A DNA stretch of 30,706 nt from Polyangiales bacterium (lineage in GTDB: Bacteria; Myxococcota_A; Polyangia; Polyangiales; Polyangiaceae). The stretch covers positions 1 to 30,706 of the forward strand of contig JBBRNJ010000098.1 in assembly GCA_038230375.1 (NCBI GenBank). The letters run 5' to 3'. The notes under the pieces are model-generated. The model was not told where the DNA came from and did no database searches. It saw only the letters and a program-made list of their open reading frames with translations. Shown here piece by piece: positions 1 to 7,952 of this stretch (its first letter is position 1; each line of letters starts with the position of its first letter). The translations under genes were made by a program, and so were the position numbers.

Positions 1-1
1 A

Positions 2-637
2 CCGCCGATGGACTTCTGGTCGCGGCGCGTCGTGGAGATGACGCTCCGCACCAAGGACATGACGAAGAAGCTGCTCGGCATGCAGCTCACCATCGAGACG
101 ATCGCGCTCACGATCTTCCAGCGCGTGCGCGAGCTCGACGTGGAGCCCGTCCTCACCGAGCTCCTCCCCTACTACGAGCGCGACGAGGCCCGGCACGTGG
201 GTCTGGGCGTCCAGACGCTCCCGGGTCTGATCGCCAAGATGGGCTTCGCGGAGCGCGTGGACTTCGCGCTGTTCCACCTGAACCTCTACGGGTCCGCGCT
301 CGCCAGCCTGAAGGCCATGGAGCCCGACCTGCTCTCGATCGGCGTAGACCCGCGGAGCATCCTTGCCATCTGCTTCCGCAAGCAATCGGACATCGACGAC
401 ATGCTCCGCGTCGAGTTCCCCGCATGGCCCACGGATCCGCCGGAGCAGCGCATCTTCGAAGGCCTATGCGAGCTGGTCTTTCCGTCGGAGGGCGTTGGCG
501 CCAAGGTTCCGATCGCGGCGCGCGTGTCGCACGCGGTCGACGTCACGCGTCGCAAGCGCACGGGCGTACTCGAGCACGTGTCGAAGAAGACGCGAAACGT
601 CAGGGCCGCAGAAGCCCTCCGCGCCCGCGTGCCCTGA
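2..637 (+). CDS. Ferritin-like (di-iron carboxylate) domain protein, 5' partial
   Basis: Frame is open from the window start. Helical pattern IETIALTIF...YERDEARHV gives the E...ExxH second half of a ferritin-like four-helix bundle. Confidence 0.7.
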   Translation, partial: PPMDFWSRRVVEMTLRTKDMTKKLLGMQLTIETIALTIFQRVRELDVEPVLTELLPYYERDEARHVGLGVQTLPGLIAKMGFAERVDFALFHLNLYGSALASLKAMEPDLLSIGVDPRSILAICFRKQSDIDDMLRVEFPAWPTDPPEQRIFEGLCELVFPSEGVGAKVPIAARVSHAVDVTRRKRTGVLEHVSKKTRNVRAAEALRARVP

Positions 638-656
638 CCCCATCACCATCCCGCGC

Positions 657-1679
657 TCACAGGCAGCGGGTGGCTGCCATTTCTCCGACGGTGTTCTTCA
701 CGTCGTCCGGCGAGGCATCGCGGAACCCCGCAGTGCGGACCACCGCGGCGCTGGCGTGGCTCTCGTCGAGCGTGCGCTTCGCGATGCGCTCCTCGTCACT
801 CGTGGTGGCAAGCACGCGGCCGTCCGCGGCATGGGTGCCGCCCTCCGCGATCCATGTGCGCACCAGGGCGTCATAGGTGGTCTTCGTCGGATCGAAGAGC
901 ACGCGGAGCGCGGGCGCCTTGTCCGCGCCATCGGTGCCGAGCGTCGTGTCGATCACGCCGGGCGCCTTCGAGATCGCATCACGCGTCTTCGCCACGCAGT
1001 GGCCGCCCACGATCGCGACGGCGATCGTCGCGCTGCAGCCGGCCTTCTGACCAGGTGCGGGGAAATTACACGCATTGACCGTTGCGGCGGGCGGCGGCGC
1101 GCCGTGGTTCGCGGCCAGGAAGCCCGCGCGATAGTCGTCATACCCTTCCTCTTCGAGCGACGCGAACGGGATGAACCGGAGCGATGACGAGTTCATGCAA
1201 TAGCGAAGGCCGGTAGGAGGCGGGCCGTCCGGGAACAGGTGGCCAAGGTGCGAGCCGCCACCCTTCGACGTGACCTCCGTGCGCACCATGCCGTGCGTGA
1301 GGTCCTCTGCGTCAACGACACGCTCTGCCTCGATCGGCCGCGTGAAGCTGGGCCAGCCGGTCCCCGATTCGAACTTGTCCTGCGACGAGAAGAGCGGCTC
1401 ACCCGTCGCGACATCCACATAGATGCCGGCGGCGTGGTTGTCCCAGTACTGGTTCTGGAACGGCGGCTCTGTCGCAGCTTCCTGGGTGACGCGGAGCTGC
1501 AGCGGCGTGAGCTTCGCGAGCTCCGCCCTGGTGGGCTTGCCGTACGTTCGCGCGTGACCCACTTGCATCGACACGTTGGACGTGGGCGCATGTGGCGCGC
1601 CGGCGTTCTCGAGCGCCGCGCCGGAACAGCCTAGAACCAGTGCGGACCCGAGGAGCAATGGGGCGAGCAGCGCTTTCAT
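657..1679 (-). CDS. msrB: Exported lipoprotein: methionine-(R)-sulfoxide reductase MsrB fused to a degenerate C-terminal MsrA-like domain
   Basis: Lipobox (LVLG-C). MsrB motifs [34 protein letters not shown] and catalytic RYCMNS. No CxxC Zn ligands. The C-terminal region follows MsrA layout but lacks GCFWG. Confidence 0.9.
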   Translation of the reverse strand: MKALLAPLLLGSALVLGCSGAALENAGAPHAPTSNVSMQVGHARTYGKPTRAELAKLTPLQLRVTQEAATEPPFQNQYWDNHAAGIYVDVATGEPLFSSQDKFESGTGWPSFTRPIEAERVVDAEDLTHGMVRTEVTSKGGGSHLGHLFPDGPPPTGLRYCMNSSSLRFIPFASLEEEGYDDYRAGFLAANHGAPPPAATVNACNFPAPGQKAGCSATIAVAIVGGHCVAKTRDAISKAPGVIDTTLGTDGADKAPALRVLFDPTKTTYDALVRTWIAEGGTHAADGRVLATTSDEERIAKRTLDESHASAAVVRTAGFRDASPDDVKNTVGEMAATRCL

Positions 1680-1743
1680 GGCAGGAATACGCGCGACCCC
1701 GGCCGTGGTTACGCTCGGCTGTCGAAGCGCCGATGGCGGGATG

Positions 1744-2184
1744 TCAGCCCGGATAGCGGAGGCAGCAGTACTCGGTGAGGGATTGAAGCTCGACCTCGGT
1801 GTCTCGGCGGGCCCACTTCATCAGGTCGGGTAGGGAGACGACGCCAACGACAGCCTCGGCCGACATCACTGGGACCTGGTGGAGGTGGCGCACACGCATG
1901 AACTCGAGCGCCTCGCCGGGTGGGCACTCGACGGGCAGCCACACCAGCGGCGTGGTCATCACGTCAGCGACCCGCGTGGTGTCCGGTGCGCGCCGCGCGA
2001 GCACACCGCGCTCGAGCACATCCCTCTCGGAGATGATGCCCACGGGATTCTCGAGTTCACCAACCACGAGGGCCCGCACGTGAAAGCGGCACATGGCTTC
2101 CACCGCGTCCATCAGGCTGGCGTCCGGCCGAATGGTCCTCACGCACTGATTCGTGCCCTCGACCACGGTTCCAAGTGTTGTCAT
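1744..2184 (-). CDS. CBS-domain pair protein
   Basis: Tandem CBS motifs (VGIISERDV...VADVMT; VPV...[10 protein letters not shown]). RBS AGGAG upstream of the ATG. Confidence 0.9.
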   Translation of the reverse strand: MTTLGTVVEGTNQCVRTIRPDASLMDAVEAMCRFHVRALVVGELENPVGIISERDVLERGVLARRAPDTTRVADVMTTPLVWLPVECPPGEALEFMRVRHLHQVPVMSAEAVVGVVSLPDLMKWARRDTEVELQSLTEYCCLRYPG

Positions 2185-2222
2185 GATTGCGCTCCTTTTT
2201 CTGGTTCATCTGGCTCCTACCG

Positions 2223-2238
2223 AGCAAACTCCGGACCG
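2223..2238 (-). promoter_or_regulatory. Putative sigma54 -24/-12 promoter for the CBS gene
   Basis: Minus strand reads CGGTCCGGAGTTTGCT (GG-N10-GC with TTGCT), about 40 nt upstream of the ATG. Confidence 0.5.
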
Positions 2239-2624
2239 CACCTCATGCCCAGCACGGTATGCCGCGTTTTCGGCGGGCGTCGCGATGTGTCCGGGGCATC
2301 TCGACACGGTGTGTCGCCATTGCCACGCGACCTCTGATTCGCAGCCCATCGGCGCGCCAGGTCGTTCTCCATACGGTCCCGCGCGAGGAGCCGCGATCCC
2401 GCCGCCGCGTCCTGAAGATCGCCCAGAGCGTTTCGCAACACCTGATCGACGATGTCGCAAAGCCTTCCGTGTCGTCCCGATTCGCTCATCTCCCACCCCG
2501 GATCGGATGCGGGGAAAGCGACCGCCTTCACGGGGCGCAGGCGACCACGAGCACGCGTCATACGGCAGCCATTTTCGCGCGAAGTAAATACAGCTGCAGC
2601 GTCGCAATGGCTCATACTCGAGGG

Positions 2625-3614
2625 ATGGTCACGGCGCGTGCGTTCTGGATGGTTGCGCGGGGGGTCGGTGAGATTCGTGAGGAGTCGCTCGCTGCTCCTG
2701 GCCCTTCCGAGGTGCTCGTCGAGACCCTCTATTCGGCGGTGAGCCGCGGGACCGAGTCGCTCGTCTTTCACGGACGTGTCCCTGTGGGCGAACACGCGCG
2801 CATGCGTGCCCCGCATCAGGCGGGCGAGTTCTCGTTCCCCGTGAAGTACGGCTACCTCAACGTGGGTCGCGTGATCGAGGGGCCGAGCGAGCTTCGCGGA
2901 CGCGAGGTCTTCTGCCTCTACCCGCACCAGACGCGGTACGTGGTACCCGCTGACGCGGTCTTTCCGTTGCCTGCGGGCGTGCCCGCGGCTCGCGCAGTAC
3001 TCGCGGGCAACCTCGAGACGGCCATCAATGGACTTTGGGATGCCGACGTGAAGATCGGTGATCGCGTCGCGGTGGTGGGTGGTGGCGTGGTGGGCGCGCT
3101 CGTCGCGTACCTCGCAGGGCGCATCCCGGGATGCCACGTCGAGCTCGTGGATGTAAACCCAGCGCGCGCGCGCGTGGCCTCCGCGTTCGGTGTCGCGTTC
3201 GCAGCGCCCGCCACCGCGCAGGGCCACGCTGACGTGGTGGTCCACACGAGCGGAACTTCGGAGGGCCTCGCGACGGCGCTGTCGCTCGCCGGCACAGGGG
3301 CCACGATCGTCGAGATGAGCTGGTATGGCGACGGGGCGACCCAGGCTCACCTCGGTGGCGCGTTCCACTCGCAACGACTCACCCTCCGGTCCTCGCAGGT
3401 GGGCGGGCTGCCGCCTTCGCAACAAGCTCGGTGGTCGTTTCGCCGGCGCCTCGAGCTCGCGCTCTCGCTGCTCACGGACCCCGTTCTCGACGTGCTGTTC
3501 GCGGGGGAGAGCGGGGAGCGCGGGGAGCGCGGGGAGAGCTTGTTCGAGGAGCTGCCGCGGACCATGCCCCAGCTGACCTCATGCCTCTGCCATCGCGTGC
3601 GCTATAGTCCGTAG
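2625..3614 (+). CDS. MDR-family (zinc-binding alcohol dehydrogenase-like) oxidoreductase lacking the canonical Zn ligands
   Basis: EVLVETLYSAVSRGTE, GYLNVG in place of GHE, Rossmann GGGVVG. Start placed at ATG 2625 (alternative 2607), not at ORF-track 2187. Confidence 0.85.
   Translation: MVTARAFWMVARGVGEIREESLAAPGPSEVLVETLYSAVSRGTESLVFHGRVPVGEHARMRAPHQAGEFSFPVKYGYLNVGRVIEGPSELRGREVFCLYPHQTRYVVPADAVFPLPAGVPAARAVLAGNLETAINGLWDADVKIGDRVAVVGGGVVGALVAYLAGRIPGCHVELVDVNPARARVASAFGVAFAAPATAQGHADVVVHTSGTSEGLATALSLAGTGATIVEMSWYGDGATQAHLGGAFHSQRLTLRSSQVGGLPPSQQARWSFRRRLELALSLLTDPVLDVLFAGESGERGERGESLFEELPRTMPQLTSCLCHRVRYSP
3504..3539 (+). repeat. 4 x 9-bp in-frame tandem repeat GGGGAG(A/C)GC encoding GES-GER-GER-GES
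   Basis: Read directly: ggggagagc ggggagcgc ggggagcgc ggggagagc. Confidence 0.9.
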
Positions 3615-3616
3615 AC

Positions 3617-4027
3617 ATGTTCGCCATCGGCATCCGCGACCACGTCATGATCGCCCACTCTTTCCGCGGAGAGCTCTTTGGGCCTGCGCAGAAGCTCCAC
3701 GGCGCCACGTACATCGTGGACGTGGCGTTCTTCCGCGAAACGCTGGACGAGTCGAACGTGGTGATCGACATCGGACGCGCGGGCGAGGTCCTCCACCAGG
3801 TCCTCGCCAAGCTCACCTTCCAGAACCTGGACGACCTACCCGAGTTCGCAGGCGTGAACACGACAACGGAGTTTCTCGCGCGCTGGGTCTTCGAGCGCAT
3901 GGCGGAGGCGGCCAGGTCGGGCGCCGTCGGTCCGGGCGGCCCTTCGCTCACGTCCATGAAGGTGACCCTGCACGAATCGCACGTCGCCTGGGCCTCCTAC
4001 GAGAAGGAGCTCCCGCCGCGTGCGTGA
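3617..4027 (+). CDS. 6-pyruvoyl-tetrahydropterin synthase / QueD family (COG0720) protein, non-canonical PTPS-IV-like type
   Basis: T-fold PTPS motifs HVMIAH, LHG, TTEFLA, VTLHES. Reads FGPAQKLHGAT instead of CxxxHGH. Starts 2 nt after the upstream stop. Confidence 0.85.
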   Translation: MFAIGIRDHVMIAHSFRGELFGPAQKLHGATYIVDVAFFRETLDESNVVIDIGRAGEVLHQVLAKLTFQNLDDLPEFAGVNTTTEFLARWVFERMAEAARSGAVGPGGPSLTSMKVTLHESHVAWASYEKELPPRA

Positions 4028-4943
4028 AGGCGCTCCGCGCTGGCTCGTGGTCTCCACCAAGGCAGCGCGCTGGATCGCGACACCCGTCTTCGTGGGGTTG
4101 CTTCTGTGGCGGATCGATCTTCGGGCAGTGTGGGGAAGCCTCACGCACCTGGAGCCGCGCTTCGTCATCCTCTTCCTTGGCCTGTCTTCGGTGTTCTATC
4201 TGCTGTGTGCGTGGCGCTGGCACTTCACGTCGGCGCGGCTCGGCGCGACGCTGCCGTTTCGTCGCGCGTATCTGGACTACTACCTGTCCACGCTGCTCAA
4301 CCAGGTGCTGCCCGTGGGGATCGCCGGTGACGTGGTCCGCGCGGCGCGACATCGCAGTCGGCTCGGCGGGGCGTCGTGGGGGCCGCCGGCGCGCGCGGTG
4401 CTCCTGGAGCGGTTCTCGGGCATCGTCGCGCTCGCGCTCTTCGTGCTCGTGAGCGCGGTCGTGTGGCTCGCGCGCGGAAACGGCTCTTTTCTTGGGGTAT
4501 TCGCAGGCGCGCTCTTGCTCGTTACCCCTCTCCTTCTCTTGCTCTCGCCGCGCGCGCAACGTTCGCCTCGCCTGCAAGCGCTCTCGACGGACGCACGCGC
4601 AGCGCTGATCGAACGCGGCGCCTTGGGTTTCCAGCTCGCCATCTCCACGGCGTGCGTTGCGGTCCTCGTGCTCATGTTCTGCAGCGCGGCGCGCGCCACG
4701 GGTGTCGTGCTGGATGCCGGCGCGGCCATGCAAGTGGTGCCGCTGGTGCTCGCGACCACGACCATCCCATGGGCCTTCGCGGGGTGGGGCGCGCGCGAGG
4801 CGACCACAGCTGCGTTGTTCGCGCTCATGGGGCTCGACGCAGCGCGCGGCGTTGCGGTCTCCGTCACATTCGGCGTGCTCAGCCTGGTCGCGGCGCTGCC
4901 GGGCGTGCTCGTCTTCTTGCTTCCGCAGGGCAAGGAAGCGTGA
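4020..4943 (+). CDS. Lysylphosphatidylglycerol synthase TM / flippase-like (UPF0104) membrane protein
   Basis: Multiple TM helices with motifs AWRW, LNQVLPVGIAGDVVR, ER, GWGARE. GTG start overlaps the PTPS end by 8 nt. Confidence 0.85.
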   Translation: MREGAPRWLVVSTKAARWIATPVFVGLLLWRIDLRAVWGSLTHLEPRFVILFLGLSSVFYLLCAWRWHFTSARLGATLPFRRAYLDYYLSTLLNQVLPVGIAGDVVRAARHRSRLGGASWGPPARAVLLERFSGIVALALFVLVSAVVWLARGNGSFLGVFAGALLLVTPLLLLLSPRAQRSPRLQALSTDARAALIERGALGFQLAISTACVAVLVLMFCSAARATGVVLDAGAAMQVVPLVLATTTIPWAFAGWGAREATTAALFALMGLDAARGVAVSVTFGVLSLVAALPGVLVFLLPQGKEA

Positions 4944-5608
4944 GCCGCCGCCTTGCCTATCCGCTGTGGATGCTCGCGTCGGTCGCCCTCGCCGTCTGGT
5001 CGCGAGAGGTCGCCTTCTGCATCGCAGCCGGAGTCGTGGGGCTGGGCCTGCAGGTCGTCAGCGCGCGCGCATGGCGAACAGAGGGTGGGAAGCTCGCGGT
5101 CGCCAATGTGCTCACGCTCCTCCGTCTTGGGCTCGTGGCGACCCTTCCGGTCTTGCTCGCGTGGCTCCCGCGTCCGTTCTTCGTTGCGCTCGTGCTCGGG
5201 ATCCTCGTGATCGACGGGATCGACGGCTACGTGGCGCGCGCGCGCGGCGAGACGTCGGCGTTCGGCGCAGTGCTCGACATGGAGACCGACGCCTTGACCG
5301 TGATGGTGCTCGGGCTCTTGCTGCATCATGAGGGTGCTGCCGGGGCATGGGTGCTGGTCTCTGGGCTATGGCGATACGTGTTTGCATCGGCGGTCGCGGT
5401 CGTGCCCGCGCTCGGTGACTGTCCCTCCTCACCCATCTATCGCTGGGTCTTCTGTCTGCTCATGATCGCGCTCGCGGGCGCGTTCGTTCCATGGGCAGCG
5501 CCCGCGCGGATCTTCGCGGCGGTGGGCACCATCATGGTGTCGCTCTCCTTCATGCACTCGATGGTGCGCTCACGTGCGTTCCAGGGACAGGCCACCAGCG
5601 CTCCCTGA
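4940..5608 (+). CDS. CDP-alcohol phosphatidyltransferase family protein
   Basis: Signature ANVLTLLR and DGIDGYVARARGETSAFGAVLDMETD (DxxDGxxAR...GxxxDxxxD). GTGA overlap with the upstream stop. Confidence 0.9.
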   Translation: MSRRLAYPLWMLASVALAVWSREVAFCIAAGVVGLGLQVVSARAWRTEGGKLAVANVLTLLRLGLVATLPVLLAWLPRPFFVALVLGILVIDGIDGYVARARGETSAFGAVLDMETDALTVMVLGLLLHHEGAAGAWVLVSGLWRYVFASAVAVVPALGDCPSSPIYRWVFCLLMIALAGAFVPWAAPARIFAAVGTIMVSLSFMHSMVRSRAFQGQATSAP

Positions 5609-5705
5609 ACGTTAGCTGGCGTGAGACGCCGTCCATGCTCGGAACTGGCCGCGGCGATCCATGGAAGCGCCCCCAGCGCTCGGACGTGAATTGCGCGGCG
5701 GGCGG

Positions 5706-5721
5706 CGGCATGGGTCGTGCT
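5706..5721 (+). promoter_or_regulatory. Putative sigma54 promoter for the Zn-ADH gene
   Basis: CGGCATGGGTCGTGCT (GGCA at -24, TGCT at -12, correct spacing), about 48 nt before ATG 5769. Confidence 0.45.
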
Positions 5722-5768
5722 CAGCGGTTCGCGTAGATGGACGCGCCATGGGCGCGAAAGGAACTCCT

Positions 5769-6812
5769 ATGAAGGCACTCACGTACGTCGGCCCGGGCAC
5801 GGTTTCCCTCGAGGAGAAGCCGAGGCCCACCATCGCGAACGCCACAGACGCGATCGTCAGGATCACCAAGACCACGATCTGCGGCACCGATCTCCACATC
5901 TTGAAGGGCGATCTACCCACGGTGACGAAGGGGCGGATCCTGGGGCACGAAGGCGTCGGCGTCGTCGAGCAGGTCGGCGCAGGCGTGTCGACGTTCAAGG
6001 TCGGCGACCGCGTGATCATCTCGTGCGTCAGCGCCTGCGGCACATGCGAGAACTGCAAGCGGGCGATGTATTCGCACTGCCAGCGCGGCGGCGGTTGGAT
6101 TCTTGGCTTCCAGATCGACGGCACACAGGCCGAGTACGTACGCATCCCCTTTGCGGACAACAGCCTCTATCCGATGCCCGCCGGGGCCGACGAAGAGGCC
6201 ATGGTCATGGTGAGCGACATCTTCCCCACGGGATTCGAGTGCGGCGTCCTCAACGGAGCCGTGAAGCCCGGAGACACCGTCGCCATCATCGGCGCAGGCC
6301 CCATTGGGCTGGCTGCGCTGCTCACTTCGCGCTTCTTTTCGCCTGCAGAGATCATCATGGTCGACACGGACGACAACCGGCTCGAGGTAGCGAAGAGCTT
6401 CGGCGCCACCGCAGTAGTGAACAACACGGACGGAGGGGCAGCCGCAAAGATCATGGCGATGACGAAGGAGCGCGGCGTCGACGTCGCGATCGAAGCGATC
6501 GGAATACCCGCCAGCTTCGACATCTGTCAGGCGGTCGTGACGGCGGGCGGTCACATCGCCAACATCGGCGTGCACGGCAAGCCGGTGCAGCTGAACCTCG
6601 ACAAGCTGTGGTCCCACAACATCACGCTCACCACGCGCCTCGTAGACACCGCGACCATCCCGATGCTCCTCAAGACCATCGCATCTGGGAAGCTCGAGCC
6701 GAAGAAGCTCATCACGCATCGCTTCACGCTCAACGACACCATGAAGGCGTACGACACCTTCGGTCACGCGATGAGAGATCGTGCGATGAAGGTCATCATC
6801 GCGAACGAGTGA
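5769..6812 (+). CDS. Zinc-dependent alcohol dehydrogenase (formaldehyde/threonine dehydrogenase-like MDR)
   Basis: ICGTDLH, GHEGVG, structural Zn CGTCENC...C, GAGPIG. RBS AAGGA before MKALTY. Confidence 0.95.
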   Translation: MKALTYVGPGTVSLEEKPRPTIANATDAIVRITKTTICGTDLHILKGDLPTVTKGRILGHEGVGVVEQVGAGVSTFKVGDRVIISCVSACGTCENCKRAMYSHCQRGGGWILGFQIDGTQAEYVRIPFADNSLYPMPAGADEEAMVMVSDIFPTGFECGVLNGAVKPGDTVAIIGAGPIGLAALLTSRFFSPAEIIMVDTDDNRLEVAKSFGATAVVNNTDGGAAAKIMAMTKERGVDVAIEAIGIPASFDICQAVVTAGGHIANIGVHGKPVQLNLDKLWSHNITLTTRLVDTATIPMLLKTIASGKLEPKKLITHRFTLNDTMKAYDTFGHAMRDRAMKVIIANE

Positions 6813-7180
6813 CGCCACACCGCGTGGAACCCGTTTGTGTCAGTGCGGATCATCGTCGCTCTCTTGCAAGACCACGCCCATCGACGGTTGTGGTCGGGTT
6901 CGAGCCAGTGCTTGCGGTTGGCCTCGAGGTGCGCACAGATCTTCGTCCACGTTGCGGCGGCGACGGCGCTGCGAGGGACAATCTCGCTCATCCTGATGTC
7001 GGTATCAGTCTCCATGCGGCGCACGCCCATGGTCAGCTCCATCAGGTTCACGTACTCATCGCCGGCAACCAGTGTGGGCCCGGACTCTCTCGCGCTCACC
7101 CGTGCAATCTCGTCGTCCGAGAGCAGCTTCATGATCGCGTCACGGGTCAGGTATTCGGTCTTGTTCGCTTCGGTGTTCAT
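6764..7180 (-). CDS. Conserved hypothetical small protein (YLTRDAIMKLLSDDEIARVS type)
   Basis: Strong RBS AAGGAG before ATG 7180 and a protein-like N-terminal ~90 aa. The 3' end overlaps the convergent ADH gene by 49 nt. Confidence 0.65.
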   Translation of the reverse strand: MNTEANKTEYLTRDAIMKLLSDDEIARVSARESGPTLVAGDEYVNLMELTMGVRRMETDTDIRMSEIVPRSAVAAATWTKICAHLEANRKHWLEPDHNRRWAWSCKRATMIRTDTNGFHAVWRHSFAMMTFIARSLIA

Positions 7181-7253
7181 GATGATTTGACTCCTTGTGC
7201 TGTTCGATGAGATTCGCCAACAAAGCAATTCGTGTCCGCGCGAACGACGCTGT

Positions 7254-7952
7254 CTAGCCAATGGCGACGCCGAGCAGTCGTCCCACGCCTGCAGTCACGG
7301 CCATCGCCAACGCACCGCCGACGGTGGCCCGGAGCGCCGCGCGAATTCGTGCAGCGCCGCCGAGGTGGGCACCGACCGCGCCGAGCACGGCAAGACTGAA
7401 GAGCGACGTCGCGGCGATCATCGGAATGCGCAGCGATGCAGGCGCGACGATGAACGCGGCGAGGGGGAGCGACGCGAACGTCGCGAAGCTCGCGGCTGAG
7501 ACCCACGCCGCCTGCAGCGGGCGGGAGCGCAATGCGCGGTCGATGCCGAGCTCGTCGCGCAGATGCGCCCCGAGTCGATCGCGCGCCGACAGCTGCAGCG
7601 CGACGTTCATCGCGAGCTCATCGTCCAGGCCCCGCTCGCGGTAGATCGCCGCAAGCTCGCGAAGCTCCGCCTCCGGTGCGATCCCCAGCTCCCTCTTCTC
7701 CATCTCGATGTCCGCATTCTCGGCGTCGCGCTGCGCGCTGACTGACACGTGCTCGCCGACGGCCATCGACATCGCGCCCGCGACGAGGCCGGCCGCACCG
7801 GCGATCAGCGTCGCTTCTCTGGATGCCGAGGTGGCAGCGACGCCGAGCATCATGCTCGCGGTCGAGACGATGGCGTCGTTGCTGCCCAGCACTGCGGCTC
7901 GGAGCCATCCGCTCCGGCCGCTTCGATGTCTTTCGGGTTCGACGCCGCTCAC
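7254..7952 (-). CDS. VIT1/CCC1 family Fe2+/Mn2+ transporter
   Basis: [30 protein letters not shown], acidic cytosolic EKREL...ELREL, HLRDELG. GTG start overlaps the dnaK stop (GTGA). Confidence 0.92.
   Translation of the reverse strand: MSGVEPERHRSGRSGWLRAAVLGSNDAIVSTASMMLGVAATSASREATLIAGAAGLVAGAMSMAVGEHVSVSAQRDAENADIEMEKRELGIAPEAELRELAAIYRERGLDDELAMNVALQLSARDRLGAHLRDELGIDRALRSRPLQAAWVSAASFATFASLPLAAFIVAPASLRIPMIAATSLFSLAVLGAVGAHLGGAARIRAALRATVGGALAMAVTAGVGRLLGVAIG

Noticed and set aside
2187..2624. ORF-track N-terminal extensions (also from 4376, 5661, 10156, 11221, 14767, 17410, 22333, 22706, 25636, 26486, 27230, 28324)
   Set aside because: Family homology, RBS position and stop/start overlaps point to downstream starts; the extensions run through intergenic DNA or neighbouring genes.
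5717..7210. 497-aa alternative-frame ORF over the ADH, and similar Arg-rich ORFs elsewhere (2217-3425, 11464-12708, 13433-14689, 17268-18584, 21272-22333)
   Set aside because: Low-complexity Arg/Ala/Pro or antisense translations caused by stop-codon scarcity at high GC; each overlaps a well-supported gene.
7224..7239. Possible sigma54 site upstream of the 7180 gene (minus strand GCGGACACGAATTGCT)
   Set aside because: GG-to-GC spacing is 9 rather than 10; the -12 half is good but the -24 half is off by one.
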